Source: Octopus bimaculoides | Lineage: Eukaryota | DNA length: 64,000 bases | Assembly: GCF_001194135.2 (NCBI RefSeq) | Contig: NC_068982.1 | Location: 129,815,548-129,879,547, forward strand | Direction: 5' to 3' | Shown: positions 39,843-52,018 of the stretch, piece after piece | Position numbering within the stretch: the first letter of the stretch is position 1 | Layout of the letters: each line of letters starts with the position of its first letter | Position numbers and translations under genes: made by a program | Notes under the pieces: model-generated | Seen by the model: only the letters and a program-made list of their open reading frames with translations | Databases searched by the model: none | Told to the model about the DNA's origin: nothing

Positions 39843-40219
39843 TATTCTCCCAAATTCTTGAGCCACAATTTGTTGTTTACATAAATCATTTGATGATGAC
39901 TCAACAAATTTATTTATTCAGCAATCTATATTTTATGACATCACAGGTCAGTTTGATGTTATGCAAACTGAGAATGTTGTTTTTGTGACTTTTCATGTCC
40001 TTACTTTTTATTGATATTTTATAGTATTCCTAAAATTGTGTGTTTTCTTAAAAATATTATTTCCTAAAATTGTGTGTTTTCTTAAAAATATTATTTGTTA
40101 ATGAATGTATTTCCAGTTTAACCCCTTGCCTGTCTAAATCATTTTCAAAAGTTTGACCTAAATGTCCATGCTTGTTTTCAGAATTTTAGTTAGCCCTTGT
40201 TTTATACCTTCCGTATAAT

Positions 40220-40782
40220 TGTTGTGTCGATGCCCCCAGGCAAAGAAGTAGGATCTCCCAAGACATATAAATAGAGGTAGTCTGGCCATGGTAGAGTGCT
40301 GAGTAACAGTTGAATAGCAGTCGAGTAGCAGTTGTGTAGCGGTTGAGTAGAGATCATCCGAAAGTGTTAGATAGCAGTAGCTTGAGACATAACAGTGGCG
40401 ACGAGGATGAGATGGATATATGGTATGATTTGTTCAAGGTCCCAGAACCACAAGCGAAAGCGGAACCGACACATAGGTCGAGTAAGAAGAGAAAACCGAC
40501 AGAAATAATGGAAATAAATGATAAGAGAAAAAGATATGCCAGTTTCTCACTGAGGAAATAAAATTGATAAATTGTTTTTTTTTTTTTTGTGAAAAAAGAA
40601 AAACTCAAAAGGGGGAGGTATTGTGTCGACGGCCCCAGGCGAAGAAGTAGGATCTCCCAAGACATATAAATAGAGGTAGTCTGGCCGTGGTAGTGTGTTG
40701 AGTAGCAGTTGAGTGGCAGTTGTGTAGCGGTTGAGTAGAGATCATCCGAAGGTGCTAGATAGCAGTAGCTTGAGACATAACA
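40220..40782 (+). mobile_element. Miniature LTR retrotransposon (TRIM), 563 bp
   Basis: LTRs 40220-40394 and 40619-40782; PBS TGGCGACGAGGATG at 40396-40409; PPT AAAAGGGGGAGG at 40607-40618; TSD ATAAT/GTAAT. Confidence 0.9.
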
Positions 40783-41034
40783 GTAATATAAAGCTTTCCA
40801 AGATGCTCTGGGAGTTGAAAAAAATTGGGAATGTGTGTCATATATGATACATGGATACCAGGAAAATACATCCTGTGTATAATATGTGATGCACAAAGGG
40901 TTAAGAATAGGTACTGCATTCCCAGATGTGGAAAGAATGACTAAAACTGAAACATGTACATGCTGAAAAAAAGAAAAGAATAATATTACTCATTCGCTTA
41001 TATTGTTTTTTCCCATTCATATATTTATATAGTG

Positions 41035-41353
41035 AAGGCACATGGCTTAGTGGTTATGGTATTTGGCTCATGATCATAAGATTGTGAGTTCAGTTCCCGG
41101 TGACACATTGTGTCCTTGAGCAAGACGCTTAATTTCATATCATTCCAATCCACTCAGGTGGCAAAAATGAGTAGTACCTGTATTTGAAAAGACCAATCTT
41201 GTCACTCTGTGTCACACTAAATCTCCCTGAGAACTATGTTAAGGGTACACGTGTCTGTGGAGTGCTCAGCCACATGCATGTTAATTTCAAGAGCTGGCTG
41301 TTTTGTTGATTGGATCAATTGAAACCCTCATCATCATAACCGATGGAGTGCCA
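41035..41353 (+). mobile_element. tRNA-derived SINE, second family (uninterrupted copy)
   Basis: A box TGGCTTAGTGG, B-box-like GAGTTCAGTTCC; colinear with the mariner-split copy at 55641-57251. Confidence 0.8.
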
Positions 41354-43065
41354 GTTATATTTTTATATGAATAGATTTTTTTTATGCCCCCTGCATCAAA
41401 TATGTCAGTGTTGATTAAACTACTGTTTTGTATGTGAATAACAATGCTTCTGAATTATTTATTTCTAAACAATTTATTTTTTCAAACTGACCGCTTGTGC
41501 ATTTACTCTAAAATTTATGTTATTTCTTCAGCAAGTATAATAAAATCTAGTCTTTTCTAATAGTCAGAATAAGAAGGAAATATGTACATAGTTATCTTCC
41601 CCCAGTTCCTGTAAAATAAATGAACAAAATAATATTGATTACTTACATAGGTCAAAGGCTTGAAATTTGACAATAAGATTGACACTAATACCCAAAATAA
41701 TATTAGTTATTGACTTACTGTTTTTCGTTCACCACATTTGTAATTTTAAATATTCTGTTAGTACTATAAATATTTAACTGGCATGGCAAAGAGATTAAGA
41801 AGTTTGCTTTGACCCTGGTTTCAATTCCTGGGAGTTGTGGAGCACCTTGGGTAAATGTCTTCAGCATCACCATTAGTTGACTTGAACTTATGAGTAAATT
41901 TTGGTAGATCAAAACTGTGTAGAAGCCCTCTCAGATGAATTATTTCTGTAATTCAAGTCCAGCTTTATCACATTTTTGTGCTGACTCTGCTTATGAAGTA
42001 TGGCTGGAATACTCAGTCATTTACATGTGAATTTCACAGGTCAGAGATTTTGTTGATTAAAGAAATAAACACTTGTTTTGGGGACATGGAGAATCCATCA
42101 GGGTAACACTAAATTAACTTTTTTTGGTGTCATACACTTTCAAATTCTAACATCATCCTTGAAATTTGATAGGTATCAGAATTTGTTGGATTACAGGTAT
42201 TTATGTAATTAATTATCTAATCATTTTTAAATGGTTGGTCCAGATTATAGCAGAAGGCACTTGATCAAGGTTCCATGCAGGGGGACTGAACCTGAAGCCA
42301 TGGAGTTGGAAAGCAAACTTTTTAACCACAGCCTGCACCTAATATTTACAGAAATATTTGGTTTCAAAATAACATTTTCTTTTTAAACATAGAAATGTAG
42401 TTTTGAAATGACGTAGTAGAGGTGGAAAGGAATAAGAGACTGTGTGGAATACATATTTTACCTTCCCAAGAGTAGTTGAAAAATAACAGGAGTAGTTTTA
42501 ACTCTGTGCTAACCTTGGCATAAGTTCATTTTGGGAAAAATAAGACAAATAATAAAGTACAAATGAAATCACTTGATGAATATTGCAACATAAGTGATTC
42601 AGTTGGCTGACTGTAGAATTAACCATTTTTTTTGTTACAGAATTGAAAGGCATTATTCATTGAAGCAAAGCTAAAGTGGACATTTGTTCCAATGTTTTAT
42701 TCTGCTAATATTCTCAGAATAATAAAACAGTAGCATATTAGTGCACACAGCAATTTTCTAGTATGTCAATATGGCTTCCATGAAAACAACATTGTCCATA
42801 TTCTCAGGTTTTTCTTACTTCAAACGAAAAAAAAAAAAATGAAAAGCTTAAGGTAGATTGTTAAATATTTTACTAAGATTTCAGTAAATATTTTAGAACT
42901 GACTTTTTTTTTTATGAAAGTAACAATGAAAATTTTATGTTTTGAAAAGAAAAACATTCAAATACTAAATACTCTCTCAAACACTGCAAGATACTTTGAA
43001 TTCTAAACATTTGTTTACAATAAGAAAAGAACAATGTGTTTGTTGTTGCATGTGTGTGTGTGTGT

Positions 43066-43103
<38 letters not shown>

Positions 43104-43332
43104 TTTACTGCCCAATTTTCCATGCTTGCGTGGGTCACACAGAATTTGTTGAGGCAGATTTTCTACAGCCAGATGCCCTGCATGTTGTCAATCTTCACCT
43201 GTTTCCAAGCAAATTAATATTTCCTCATGGCCAGAAATATTTTCATAGAAAATTGGAAACGAATGACACCATTTGTATGGCAGTGACACTCATTTACAAC
43301 TAACATACAAATCAAAGACAAGAAGACATAAG

Positions 43333-43755
43333 CATGCATGACTGTATGGTCAGAAAGATTGCTTCCAAACCACATGGTTCTGGGTTCAGTCCTACTGCAT
43401 GTCACCTTGGGCAGGTCTTTTCTATTATAACTTTGGACCAACCGAAGCCTTGTAAGTGGATTTGGTAGGTGGAAACTGAAAGAAGCCCATTGTGTATATT
43501 TACATACATACATACATACATACATAAACATATATATATGTATATTCTTTTATTCTTTTTTCTTTTATTTGTTTCAATCATTTAACTGTGGCCATGCTGG
43601 AGCACCACCTTTAGTCGAACAAATCAACCCTCGGACTTATTCTTTGTAAGCCTAGTACTTATTCTATTCTATCAGCTGAACTGCTAAGTTACAGGGATGT
43701 AAACACACTGACATTGGTTGTCAAGTGATGGTGGGGAACAAACACAGACGTACAA
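43333..43755. mobile_element. SINE (+, 43333-43500) followed by a second SINE-type repeat (-, 43555-43755)
   Basis: ggttctgggttcagtcctactgc B-box-like head; both units have homologues at 8150-8550. Confidence 0.65.
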
Positions 43756-43765
43756 ATACATACAT

Positions 43766-43810
<45 letters not shown>

Positions 43811-43946
43811 NNNNNNNNNNNNNNNNNNNNNNNNNNNNNNNNNNNNNNNNNNNNNNNNNNNNNNNNNNNNNNNNNNNNNNNNNNNNNNNNNNNNNNNNNN
43901 NNNNNNNNNNNNNNNNNATATATGTATGTGTGTGTGTGTGTGTGTG

Positions 43947-44130
43947 TATTAATGGTGTGAAACTGAGTATTACCAGTTGGTTGATAACTGATGAAGAATT
44001 ATGGACCTTCTGTGTTTGTCTCCCATAACTTATACTGAGTGTACAACTGGACGGGAGACAAACACAGAAGGTCCTTAATTCTTCATCAGTTATCAACCAA
44101 TTGGTAATACTCAGTTTCACACTATTAATA
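43947..44130. repeat. Near-perfect hairpin: 78-bp arms, 3 mismatches, 28-nt loop, flanked by (GT)n and (AC)n
   Basis: 43947-44024 versus reverse complement of 44053-44130. Confidence 0.9.
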
Positions 44131-44182
44131 CACACACACACACACATACACATAGATTTATACACACACACACACACACACA

Positions 44183-44218
<36 letters not shown>

Positions 44219-44534
44219 AATATATTTATTATATATCACATAAGCATATATACATAGATATATATACAATGATATGTGTGTGTGTGTAAGGCAGAACTAT
44301 TTCACCTCAGCTGGCCCTACTGTCTTTAACATCATGCCAAAGCACATAAGAGAAGAAAAAGTATTGCATAACATTCAAATAGTTCCTGGATGAATATAAT
44401 GTATGTATGTAAATGTAAACATGTATACATACATATATCATCTTCATTATCATTTAATGGATGCCAAGTGATGATTATGTTGATGATGATGATGATGATG
44501 ATACATGTTCACATATACATACATACATATATAT

Positions 44535-45140
44535 ATTTATCCAAGAACTATTTGAATGTTATGGCATCTTTTTCTTCTCTTACGTGTCTTTCATGATGTT
44601 AAAGAGAACAGGGCCAGTTGAGGTGAAATAGTTCTGTCTTATTGTTGTGATGTAATGCAAGCATGAGTTTTGTAGAGGGCAGATGGCACAGGAACCAAAT
44701 CTAGGATGAATTATAATGTGGGCAATGTTGATGGAATATTTTCTGGTGTTGGAGGGAACAAAATTTGAGCACCTTGAACCAATCCTAATCATGAAGACCT
44801 GTCACATTGTCTATTTTTTATTGATTAATCTCTGGGTTGCTTCAATTTTTATAACAGTTTGTTTATTTTAGAGAGACCACAGGAGGCAGTAGCATTTAAG
44901 GTGAGGCTGGGTGAAAGCAGGGTAGAGAAGGATAATGGTAGGAGTGTCTCCAGGACAAAGTCTTGAGGAGCCAGGAGCATGCCCTGTGGGCCATGTTAAC
45001 TTCTAGTTTTATGTGGGCACTCTAGCTTAAGCTATTGGTCAACAGTTATTCCAAGGTCCTTGGCAGTGTTTGATGCCATGAGGTTTTTGCCTGTGGAAAG
45101 AGTGTATGGTAGCTTAAGTGCAGCCTCTTTAACAAAGTGA
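44535..45140 (-). pseudogene. CR1-like LINE 3' fragment
   Basis: Minus-strand ASNTAKDLGITVD and IHPRFG..C..QNYFTSTGPVLFNI resemble CR1-type RT C-terminal motifs; disrupted. Confidence 0.55.
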
Positions 45141-46275
45141 ATAAATTAAAATTTATTCTCACTTAGCAGCTTGTTTGTGCTTTCCAGCCCATTTATACAC
45201 ATTTGAAGTGTAGCTGTTACTTGTAAATGAGTATGACCTGTTAGCTCACCACTATGCTTTTGTTAATTGTTTTAGGTAGCTGTGTAGTCAAAAGCAGATA
45301 TAGACATCCTGCTGGGCCTCCCACTCTCATTGACAAAGAGGAATATCATGAAGGAGTTTGATGATTGGAGGGAAAGAAGGCTGCACCAGCAATTGGCTAG
45401 TATCTATTTTTAGCTATGTAGATTGGAGATATGTGAAGTAAAGGGCCTTGGCAAAAGACACCCAAAGTTGCCTGGTCCAAGAATCAAACCTACTACATCA
45501 TATACCTTCATACACACACACACACACACACACACACATGCACACACACATGCATGCACGCACACACATGCACTCACACACGCGCACACACACACTCTTT
45601 CACATTCACACACATGCATACACATATGTATGTGAGTTTGAGGTTTTCTATTATAGTTACAATAATGATGATGATGATGACAGCTGAGTTTATTGTATAC
45701 AGTGGTCAGATGGTGTATATATANNNNNNNNNNNNNNNNNNNNNNNNNNNNNNNNNNNNNNNNNNNNNNNNNNNNNNNNNNNNNNNNNNNNNNNNNNNNN
45801 NNNNNNNNNNNNNNNNNNNNNNNNNNNNNNNNNNNNNNNNNNNNNNNNNNNNNNNNNNNNNNNNNNNNNNNNNNNNNNNNNNNNNNNNNNNNNNNNNNNN
45901 NNNNNNNNNNNNNNNNNNNNNNNNNNNNNNNNNNNNNNNNNNNNNNNNNNNNNNNNNNNNNNNNNNNNNNNNNNNNNNNNNNNNNNNNNNNNNNNNNNNN
46001 NNNNNNNNNNNNNNNNNNNNNNNNNNNNNNNNNNNNNNNNNNNNNNNNNNNNNNNNNNNNNNNNNNNNNNNNNNNNNNNNNNNNNNNNNNNNNNNNNNNN
46101 NNNNNNNNNNNNNNNNNNNNNNNNNNNNNNNNNNNNNNNNNNNNNNNNNNNNNNNNNNNNNNNNNNNNNNNNNNNNNNNNNNNNNNNNNNNNNNNNNNNN
46201 NNNNNNNNNNNNNNNNNNNNNNNNNNNNNNNNNNNNNNNNNNNNNNNNNNNNNNNNNNNNNNNNNNNNNNNNNNN

Positions 46276-46315
<40 letters not shown>

Positions 46316-46489
46316 CATACACACGCATACACACATATATATATATACACACACATGCATATATATATATCGTGTGTAGAAAACAAATCCGGAGAAGAAG
46401 CACACTCTAAGGTGTAGAGAAACATATATTTTTTGCTGGGGAAGGCCAGTTAATGGGATCTCATAAACTGGCCTTCCCTAGTAAAATAT

Positions 46490-46541
<52 letters not shown>

Positions 46542-46676
46542 AGAAAAAAATGTCAGAATTTTGGAAAAAAAAACTATTTTTGTATTTCTTCATTATTATT
46601 AGTGCTTTCTCAAACTTAAAATTCTGACGACTTTTTTTTTTTCTCAATATTCAATTTCTGTACATCACACCTAACA

Positions 46677-46711
<35 letters not shown>

Positions 46712-48007
46712 TACATACACATGCATATTGTGTAAGTAGTTGTGCATATGTTTGTGTGTCTGCATATCTTATATATTTATAATAATTATGTACATGCACA
46801 CTTATATAACTGGATGTATTTTTATAGCTGTCAGGAGGTTATACAAGTCTATTCATTCAATTATTTCATTTTCCCATCCAATACCAGTAACTATAATTAG
46901 TCTCTAATAGTTTATTAGTTTGAAGGATGTAGTTGCAGTTTGAAGAAGTAACTGATACTAAATAGCTGTTGTTGTTTTGTTTCACAGTTGGTAGTAGTAT
47001 AGTATGGCTAGCAAAATAATAGTAGCTTTCTGTTACTGAGTGGCAAGCATTTTTGCAGAGAAGCAAGCCACCGCCATTGCCTTGCTGCTGTTGTCAGCAA
47101 CCACTGACAAACTGTACCACTCCCAGCAACTGTCACCACCATCACTACCATAATCACCACCATCATCACAATCATTATCACCACCACTATCATCGCCACT
47201 GCTGCTGCCGCTTCCATTAACACTACCACCAGGACCACCACGATGACAACCACGACCACCACCATTACTACTGCCCTCCCCACTATCATTATATCATTAT
47301 CAGCAGCAGTAGTACCAGTATACTACTACTGCTGCCTTCAATACTGTTAACTTCTCTGTATCACAACTATTTACCCCCTACCCCACATCATTAACACCTC
47401 TGTTTCTACTTCATGCATTTTGTTTGCTCATTTGGTTCAAAGTCTTCATTATTCTTTCATAAATGATCACTCAACATGTGATTTAAATGGCTTTCGGTCA
47501 AAAGTCTTTAGCATGTGTTCCAATTTATATTTTTTGGCATGCATACTTCTATTGTATCATCCCAACTAAGTTCTCCACCACCATAAAAAACAAACAAACA
47601 AAAAAAAAGCAAATTAAACCAGTTCAAATTTCATTTTTTTTTTTGCAATCCTTGATTCCAATAGAAGCTACTTGACATATCTCAAATCCTCTAATCCATT
47701 TTAACTTGAAGCTAATTAGTGAAAGAATCCTACATTTAGTCTGCTGCTGTTTCAATCAATTAGTGATACCATTCCAATAGAGGATTCTTTTTATGACTTA
47801 TACTGGCAATTTTATTCATTATTTATAACATAATATAGCAAATAATAAAGACCTAGACTCATATACCGAGTTCTAGACAAAGGTTGTAAATATAGTGTAA
47901 AAGTTTGTATTCTCTATGGCTTGCTTTCTAAAGTAAAAGGGAAGGTGGAAACAGTTGATGGATAGAATCCTATTTATTCTGGTCCTTATTCTATCAACTA
48001 AAGTTTT

Positions 48008-48715
48008 GGATCTAGTTCAAAACGGGGGCACCAGTTTTCATTTATGTTTTATATAGTGTTTTTGGTACCGAAAGACTTTCAAACTTCGTATACTTATCTA
48101 TTTTGTGTTATAGAACATAAAAAAAAAATTTTTGTATTCGAAGTTATTTCATGTAAAAAATTGTCTTATTTCGATAATTTCAACCAATCACTGACAAGTA
48201 TTCAGCCGTTTACAGTTACTCCTTTGGCAGTTTAAGCGGTGTAAAGCGTATTTAATCTCCATTACTTCTGACATTTTGCAGAGAGGCAACATATGTGTGT
48301 TCGTTTTCCTTCGTTTTATTTTTAATATAATTTCGTTAACATCTGCCTGAACTGTATGTGTACAACATTTGCCCTAACCCTAACCCTTCCCTCAAAAACC
48401 AGGCCTTGTGCCTATAATAGAAAGGTTTATTAGCTACTGCCAATATGCTTCAGCCATTTTTTGACAAGGAAATAATAATTTTATCACCGCCAGAATCATT
48501 TGAGAATCGTTTGTTTATGTAGTCAGCACTTACTGTATCCGGCTGAATGGACGTCAGAAATACGACAACTTTAACATGAAATAAGTTGCAATATAATAAT
48601 TTTTCTTAAGAAGACTAAGAGAAAATGATGTTTTATATGACACATTCTACCAGTGTCCCAAGTTTCAAAGTGTTTCGTTAAGAAAATACTGGCGCCCCCG
48701 TTTTGAACTAGATCC
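48008..48715. mobile_element. Non-autonomous TIR element, 8-bp TSD, GG termini (Merlin-like)
   Basis: TIR GGATCTAGTTCAAAACGGGGGC(A/G)CCAGT; perfect TSD AAAGTTTT at 48000-48007 and 48716-48723. Confidence 0.85.
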
Positions 48716-48947
48716 AAAGTTTTCATATGGCCTCTCTATGTACCAGTTGTAACATTTCATAGTCATAGTGTTAGTAACAGCAGCTTCCTTGTTCAGTGGA
48801 TATTGGTTTTTAACTTGGGCTAATCAAAGCACAGCTCCGATGGATTGGCAATTGTAAAATTAGGGAATTGAAAAGGTATGAGCAAATCTTGTACATGGAA
48901 ATTGCAGATGTGCCCCACTTAGCTAGAGGTGCTCCTCAGAAACATCG

Positions 48948-49580
48948 GCATCATTATCATCATCATCGTTTAACATCTGCTTTCCATACTGGCATGGGTT
49001 GGACAGTTTGACTGGGGACTGGTGAGCCAGATGGCTGCAACAGGCCCCAGTCTGATCTGGCAGAGTTTCTACAGCTGGATGCCCTTCCTAATGCCAACCA
49101 CTCCAAGAGTGTAGTGGGTGTTTTTACGTGCCACTGGCACGAGAGCCAGTCAGGCGGTACTGGCAACGGCCAAGCTCAAATGGTGTTTTTACATGTCACC
49201 TGCACAGGAGCCAGTCCAGCGGCACTGGCAACGCCCTCGCTCAAATGCTGTTTTTCACGTGCCACCGGCACAAGCGCCAGTAAGGTGATGCTGGTAATGA
49301 TCATGCTCGAACGGTGCTTTTTACATGCCACTGGCACGGGAGCCAGTCAGTGGCCCTGGCAACGAGCATGGATCCCAGTCATGCTGTGTTGTCATTGAAT
49401 TTGATTTCGATTTCACTTGCCTCAACAGGTCTTCGCAAGCAGAGTTTAGTGTCCAATGAAAGAAAGGTACGCCTAAGTGGGCTGGTTACACCACTGGCAT
49501 AGGCCATGGGTTAGGTCTCACTTGGTTTGCTGGGTCTTCTCAAGCACAGCACATTTCCAAAAGTCTCGGTCACTAGTCAT
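48948..49580 (-). mobile_element. RTE-type 3' tail repeat with 4 internal sub-repeats
   Basis: Same family as 21879-22425. Confidence 0.75.
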
Positions 49581-49586
49581 TGTTTA

Positions 49587-50035
49587 ATACCACAGATTTG
49601 CTTGTCAGTTGTTTGACCTTAGCCAGTTGAGCATGTCCCTTGGTGGCTGACGATATGTGCATCTCTGATCATGAACAGAAGTAGTGGGGGAGCATCATAG
49701 CCATGTGTTGAGAGGAATTCTTTGGGGTTTGAATAATTCACCTTTGGAAACATGGGTGTTTTGCTCAACATCCTTAAACAAACCTTATTCAGGGACCTTT
49801 TGAGCAGGATGAGCTACTCGACCTGAAGAAAATTCTAACTAGGCCTCACTTGCGAGGTCATGCACTGTTTATCTTGATATGAGATCACCATGTCGTGCAC
49901 ATATGGTTGTGATATATGTGCCTTGTGCACCCTTATCAGACTGATAGTCATGATGGGTATAATGGACTTCGTATATTTTACCCCAGTGTCACTTTGATGG
50001 CATGCACTGCTCTCTCACTCAATAATAATAATAAT
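49587..50035 (+). mobile_element. About 440-bp interspersed repeat ending in (AAT)n; second copy at about 53175-53560
   Basis: Both begin accacagatttgcttgtca and are colinear for about 380 bp; no ORF. Confidence 0.75.
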
Positions 50036-50745
50036 GAGATTGAAACTATAGACCACCTAATCTCAGGTTGTAGAGTCTTAGCACCTGTAGAACATAAAGC
50101 AAGACATGACAGAGTCAGCCAGTATTTATACTGGACAATATGTCGGCATTATAAAATCAAAACCACTGACAAATGGTATAAACACCATCTTGAAGCTGTG
50201 ACTGAGGGAGAAAATGTGTTGACATACCGACAAAACTATAAAAGCTAATAAACTGGATATTATTATAAAAGATCAGACAAAAAAGATGTGTTTATTAATT
50301 GACATGAGTATTCCTTGTGATCACAATATAGCAGCGAAAGAATTTGACAAGATCAGTAAATATAAAGACTTGCTAATAGAAATTGAAAAAATGTGGCATC
50401 TCAAGGCGACTACCATACCAGTGATTGTAGAATCTCTAGGAATGATAAAAAAGGTACTGAAGCCTATTTGAAAATGAAACCAGGCCTACCAACCATCCCT
50501 ACAGGAAGTGCAAAAAAATTGTGTTAACTGAAATGACTCATGTACTGAGAAGAACATTATCACTGTGAAAACAACATCCATTCATGAATTTATTTATTTA
50601 TTTATTTATTTTAAATACATATTTTACCTGTAAATTTGCATGTGTAAACTGGGAATGCATACAGTGAGCTTCTCTGCCCTAGGTGTACGGAAAACACACG
50701 GCAAGAAATGGAAGAAAATTTGAAGAAAGAAGAAAAAAAAACAAC
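50036..50745 (+). pseudogene. 5'-truncated R4/Dong-like non-LTR retrotransposon (zinc-knuckle tail + restriction-like endonuclease)
   Basis: ETIDHLISGC..RHDRV..LYW, LDIIIKD..CLLIDMSIPCDHNIAAKEFDKISKYKDL; frameshifted; (AAT)n on both flanks. Confidence 0.8.
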
Positions 50746-51004
50746 ATAATAATAATAATAATAATAATCCTTTCTACTATAGGCACAAGGCCTGAAATTT
50801 GGGGGAGGGGGATAGTTGCTTACATCAACTCAACTGGTACTTATTTTCAATACTCAACTGGTACTTATTTTATCCACCCTGAAAGGTTGAAAGGCAAAGC
50901 GAACCTCAGCAGAGTTTCAACTCAGAACATAAAGATGGGTGAAATACCACTAAGCATTTTACCCAGCATGCTAACGATTCTGCCAGCTTACTAACTTAAT
51001 AACG

Positions 51005-51006
<2 letters not shown>

Positions 51007-51093
<87 letters not shown>
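51007..51093. repeat. (AAT)n microsatellite
   Basis: Direct reading. Confidence 0.95.
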
Positions 51094-51095
<2 letters not shown>

Positions 51096-51641
51096 CAACT
51101 GCTTTTAGCATAGCCTCAAGTCCTAAATGTGAGGGGAAGAGTTAATCAATTAAGTAAATTACCTGTCAAAGACAAGGAGCAATTAATTAACCCTAACTCT
51201 TGAAAGGTATTTTATTTTATTGATCCCTGGAAGGATAAAAGGTAGAGTTGTGTATGACAGGATACGAATGCAGAACATAAAAAGCTGGAACAAATACCAC
51301 AAGGCATTTTTTTAATATGCTAATGAAGTGAATTATTATCATGTATAGTGTGATGACTGTGCAAGTTGTGGGAAGCTGTATGACTGCGAAATACAAATAG
51401 TCAATATATAAGACAAACAATAGCTAAATGTGTAGGAGCTGATTATAATCAATTGGATAAATTTGGGTGACAGTATGATTCATTGGACAAAGTCGAATGA
51501 GAGGCTGTGTATGTATGATACACTGAATTAAGGTGAGTGATTGACTGAATCATTGTCATGGCCACCACCACTGCTGTTACCAGTGTTGCTATCATTGTCA
51601 TCATTTTAATGTCTAAATTTCCATTCTTACATGGGTTAGGT

Positions 51642-51872
51642 CAGTGGTTCTCAACCAGGGTTCATATGGCCCTTGGGGATCTATATAAGATTTTGATGTT
51701 AAAATATGTGCAAAAAATTGGTTATACTTCTACAATGCACAAAATATTTTAACAATTTTGTTTATACAATTTCTAATAATATCTAATTATAAAGATTGAA
51801 TGGTTATAGGGTCAACACAAATAAAATAGGAACCAAAGAGGTCCACTGGCAAAAAATGGTTGAGAACCATTG
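51642..51872. mobile_element. hAT-like MITE (231 bp)
   Basis: TIR CAGTGGTTCTCAACC / CAATGGTTCTCAACC; 8-bp TSD GGTTAGGT / GGTTAGAT. Confidence 0.85.
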
Positions 51873-52018
51873 GGTTAGATGGAATTTGTTGAGGTAGATT
51901 TTCTTCTGCTGGAAGTCCTTCCTGTTGTTAGCCCTGACCTGTTTGCAAGCAAAATATTTCCCCATGACTAAATATGTTTCCATGGAAGATTAGAAACAAA
52001 CAATATTGCTTGTACAAG

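Noticed and set aside
40027-40094. Exact 34-bp tandem duplication
   Set aside because: Two-copy local slippage in AT-rich DNA with no further structure.
40354-40896. 180-aa minus-strand ORF
   Set aside because: Antisense read-through of the TRIM LTR repeats; composition not protein-like.
41035-41105. tRNA-like A/B boxes (also at 39770-39842, 43340-43400, 52020-52090, 55641-55710)
   Set aside because: No cloverleaf; they are heads of multicopy SINEs, not tRNA genes.
41610-41646. GTAAGT donor followed by a strong acceptor on the minus strand
   Set aside because: The implied 37-nt intron is too short and the flanking pieces give no coherent reading frame.
48372-48386. CCCTAA telomere-like units
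   Set aside because: Only 2.5 units inside a MITE; not an interstitial telomere array.
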